Positions 61,929-64,000 of a stretch of 64,000 nt of DNA are shown here, piece after piece. A program made the translations under genes and the position numbers. Source of the DNA: Fidelibacterota bacterium (lineage in GTDB: Bacteria > Fidelibacterota > Fidelibacteria > Fidelibacterales > DSDE01); assembly GCA_046735395.1 (NCBI GenBank), contig JBJKQR010000062.1, positions 32,001 through 96,000 on the forward strand, written 5' to 3'. The notes under the pieces are model-generated. The model made no database searches. It saw only the letters and a list, made by a program, of their open reading frames with translations, and had not been told where the DNA came from. Positions within the stretch are counted from its first letter, which is position 1. Every line of letters begins with the position of its first letter.

Positions 61929-63716
61929 TTGGTCCAGAAAATACAGCTACTTCCTGACGACCTCTGCAATAAGATCGCAGCCGGTGAAGTCATACAGCGC
62001 CCATCCTCGGTCATCAAGGAACTGGTGGAAAACAGTATTGATGCCGGAGCCGACGACATTCAGGTCATCATCAGAGGCGGCGGGCGAGACGAGATCCGCA
62101 TCAGTGACAATGGTGAGGGCATGAGCGGCGATGACCTGCTTCTGGCCTTTGAACGGCACGCCACCAGCAAGATCCGGGAATTCGCTGATCTGGATACACT
62201 TCGGAGCATGGGTTTCCGCGGTGAAGCGCTGGCCAGTATCGCCGGCATCGCTCAGGTGGAAACCCGCAGCAGCCGCGAAGACGGAAACGGAAACCGCCTG
62301 CGGATTGAGGGTGGTAAAATCACCGACTTTTCTCCCTTTTCCTGCGCAAAAGGAACGGACTTCACGATTCGACATCTTTTCTATAATGTTCCGGCCCGTA
62401 AAAAATTCCTCAAGGATGAAGCGACCGAGTACCGCAGCTGTCTCGACACAGTCCGGCGCTTTGCCCTGGCCTGGCCGTCCATCCGCTTTACCTTCATTCA
62501 CAATGACCGGGAAGTATTCCGGTTTACTGAGGACGAAGCACAGCGGCGCATCGCAGCCCTGTTCGGACACCGCCACGCGGAGCGTCTGCAGAGACTGGAT
62601 TATGACCACGGTGATCTGAGTATCCACGGATACCTGGGTGATCCGGAACTGTCCCGCAGCCGGACTTCGGACCAGTTTATTTTCATTAATCACCGGATCA
62701 TCATGGACCGCCGGCTGAACGGGGTCATCTATTCCGGATACAGTGATGTCCTTGAGCGGGGCCAATATCCCTTTTTTCTTCTGGACATTTCCCTGCCCCC
62801 CGGTGAAATTGACGTCAATGTACACCCCACTAAATCTGAAATAAAATTCAGGCATGAACATGCCTTGTTCGAAACTCTGAAAAACGTTGTGAAAAGCGGA
62901 CTGAGAACCTTTCTGAAAGCGGACGCAGCCGAAGCGGAGACGCATTCGGAGCACAGCACCCAGGACTCATTTCCCCGGGATGGCGGTCATCCCCAATTTC
63001 AGCCCCGGGCCGCATCCCGGCAGATGTCGCTGGATTCATTTCCGAAGAATCAGCATTCCTCCGATTTTCAGAAGGACATGAATATCGAAAAGCGGCTGGC
63101 CCTGTTTGACAGCAGCCTGAACACTGCGCCATCCTCGGAAAGCAGCCTCCCTGACGCTCATCTGTGGCAGGCGCACAACCAATTTATCTTTGCGCAGGTC
63201 AGCAGCGGTGTGGTGGTCGTGGATCAGCATCTCGCCCATACGCGCGTTCTCTATGACAAGGCGCTGAAGACTCTGGAAAATTCCCGCCCGAAGGGGAATG
63301 CGCAGCAATTGCTGTTTCCCCTGACTCTGGATATGAATCCCATGGATTTTTCCGTTCTTCTGGAAATTATTCCTTCCCTGGAAAAACTGGGATTCGGACT
63401 GCGCGCCTTCGGAAAGAATTCGGTCATCATTGATGCCGTACCGGTGGATGCCCGTTTTGTGGATGAAGGCAGGCTGCTTCTGAATATCCTCGACGACTAT
63501 AAGGAATGGACAGGAAAAAAGAACCCCCTCATGCACAGCCTGGCCCTGGCCTTTTCAGAAAAAACCGCCATACGCCGGGGTGACAAACTGAGCCTCGCGG
63601 AAATGCAGAGCCTCATCGACACCCTGTTTTCCTCGGAAAACCCCTATTATTCTCCGCGCGGCAAAACCATTATCATCAATTTCAGCCTGCGCGAACTCGG
63701 ATCGCGCTTCAACTGA
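61929..63716 (+). CDS. mutL: DNA mismatch repair protein MutL
   Basis: [37 protein letters not shown]. Probable TTG start after GGAG (ORF opens at 61896). Confidence 0.96.
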   Translation: MVQKIQLLPDDLCNKIAAGEVIQRPSSVIKELVENSIDAGADDIQVIIRGGGRDEIRISDNGEGMSGDDLLLAFERHATSKIREFADLDTLRSMGFRGEALASIAGIAQVETRSSREDGNGNRLRIEGGKITDFSPFSCAKGTDFTIRHLFYNVPARKKFLKDEATEYRSCLDTVRRFALAWPSIRFTFIHNDREVFRFTEDEAQRRIAALFGHRHAERLQRLDYDHGDLSIHGYLGDPELSRSRTSDQFIFINHRIIMDRRLNGVIYSGYSDVLERGQYPFFLLDISLPPGEIDVNVHPTKSEIKFRHEHALFETLKNVVKSGLRTFLKADAAEAETHSEHSTQDSFPRDGGHPQFQPRAASRQMSLDSFPKNQHSSDFQKDMNIEKRLALFDSSLNTAPSSESSLPDAHLWQAHNQFIFAQVSSGVVVVDQHLAHTRVLYDKALKTLENSRPKGNAQQLLFPLTLDMNPMDFSVLLEIIPSLEKLGFGLRAFGKNSVIIDAVPVDARFVDEGRLLLNILDDYKEWTGKKNPLMHSLALAFSEKTAIRRGDKLSLAEMQSLIDTLFSSENPYYSPRGKTIIINFSLRELGSRFN

Positions 63717-64000
63717 TGAATACGCTTCCCATCCTTGTCATCACAGGCCCCACCGCTTCCGGCAAGACGGATCTCGCCATCCGCCTGGCCCAGCGGCTCA
63801 ACGCGGAAATCATCTCCGCCGATTCGAGGCAGATTTATCGTGGCATGGAAATCGGAACGGCAGCTCCGTCCCGGGATGATCTGGACAGGGCTGTTCACCA
63901 CTTCATTTCCATCTTTGACCCGGACCGGCCCTATTCCGCCGGTGAATTCGGAGAAGATGCCAGGAAGAAAATCACCGACATACGCAGCCGGGGCAGAAAT
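63716..64000 (+). CDS. miaA: tRNA dimethylallyltransferase, truncated by the right edge
   Basis: Hand translation [18 protein letters not shown]...[18 protein letters not shown]; canonical mutL-miaA coupling. Confidence 0.95.
   Translation, partial: MNTLPILVITGPTASGKTDLAIRLAQRLNAEIISADSRQIYRGMEIGTAAPSRDDLDRAVHHFISIFDPDRPYSAGEFGEDARKKITDIRSRGRN

Overview
64-kb window from a diderm, probably anaerobic bacterium. The rplM-rpsI-rpsB-tsf order, exbB-exbD-exbD-tonB, lpxH/lptCB, a DUF4249-type lipoprotein and a TWGxIK-tailed secreted protein point to the FCB superphylum (Marinimicrobia-like is a guess). It is mostly housekeeping: a NagB-like gene cut by the left edge, feoAB plus a Cys-rich peptide, purN-purH-mreBCD-mrdA-rodA-smpB-tyrS-two glycosyltransferases, a stand-alone CIRCE-controlled groEL, 2-oxoacid:ferredoxin oxidoreductase with a split Fe-S hydro-lyase, ctpA and a TonB motor, gatC-pyrG-lptC-lptB-rpoN-hslVU-argF-lpxH, rplM-rpsI-rpsB-tsf, frr and mutL-miaA. 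Accessory content includes a ~1300-aa Ig/cadherin-repeat surface protein, a TonB-dependent receptor module, and a sulfur-respiration operon (psrABC-like, two YeeE/YedE half-transporters, a rhodanese-like protein). The best candidate for an undescribed system is that last protein: it lacks the rhodanese active-site Cys but has a flexible SoxY-like C-terminal GGC arm. Other notable signals are a 16-aa GroEL insertion, a sigma54 site heading the rpoN operon, a 15-bp perfect inverted repeat around a Fur-like box before feoA, a MutL with degenerate endonuclease motifs, and frequent D-S/T-hydrophobic O-glycosylation-like motifs in exported proteins. I saw no rRNA, tRNA, CRISPR array or transposase. 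All calls are motif recognition by eye; no searches were run.
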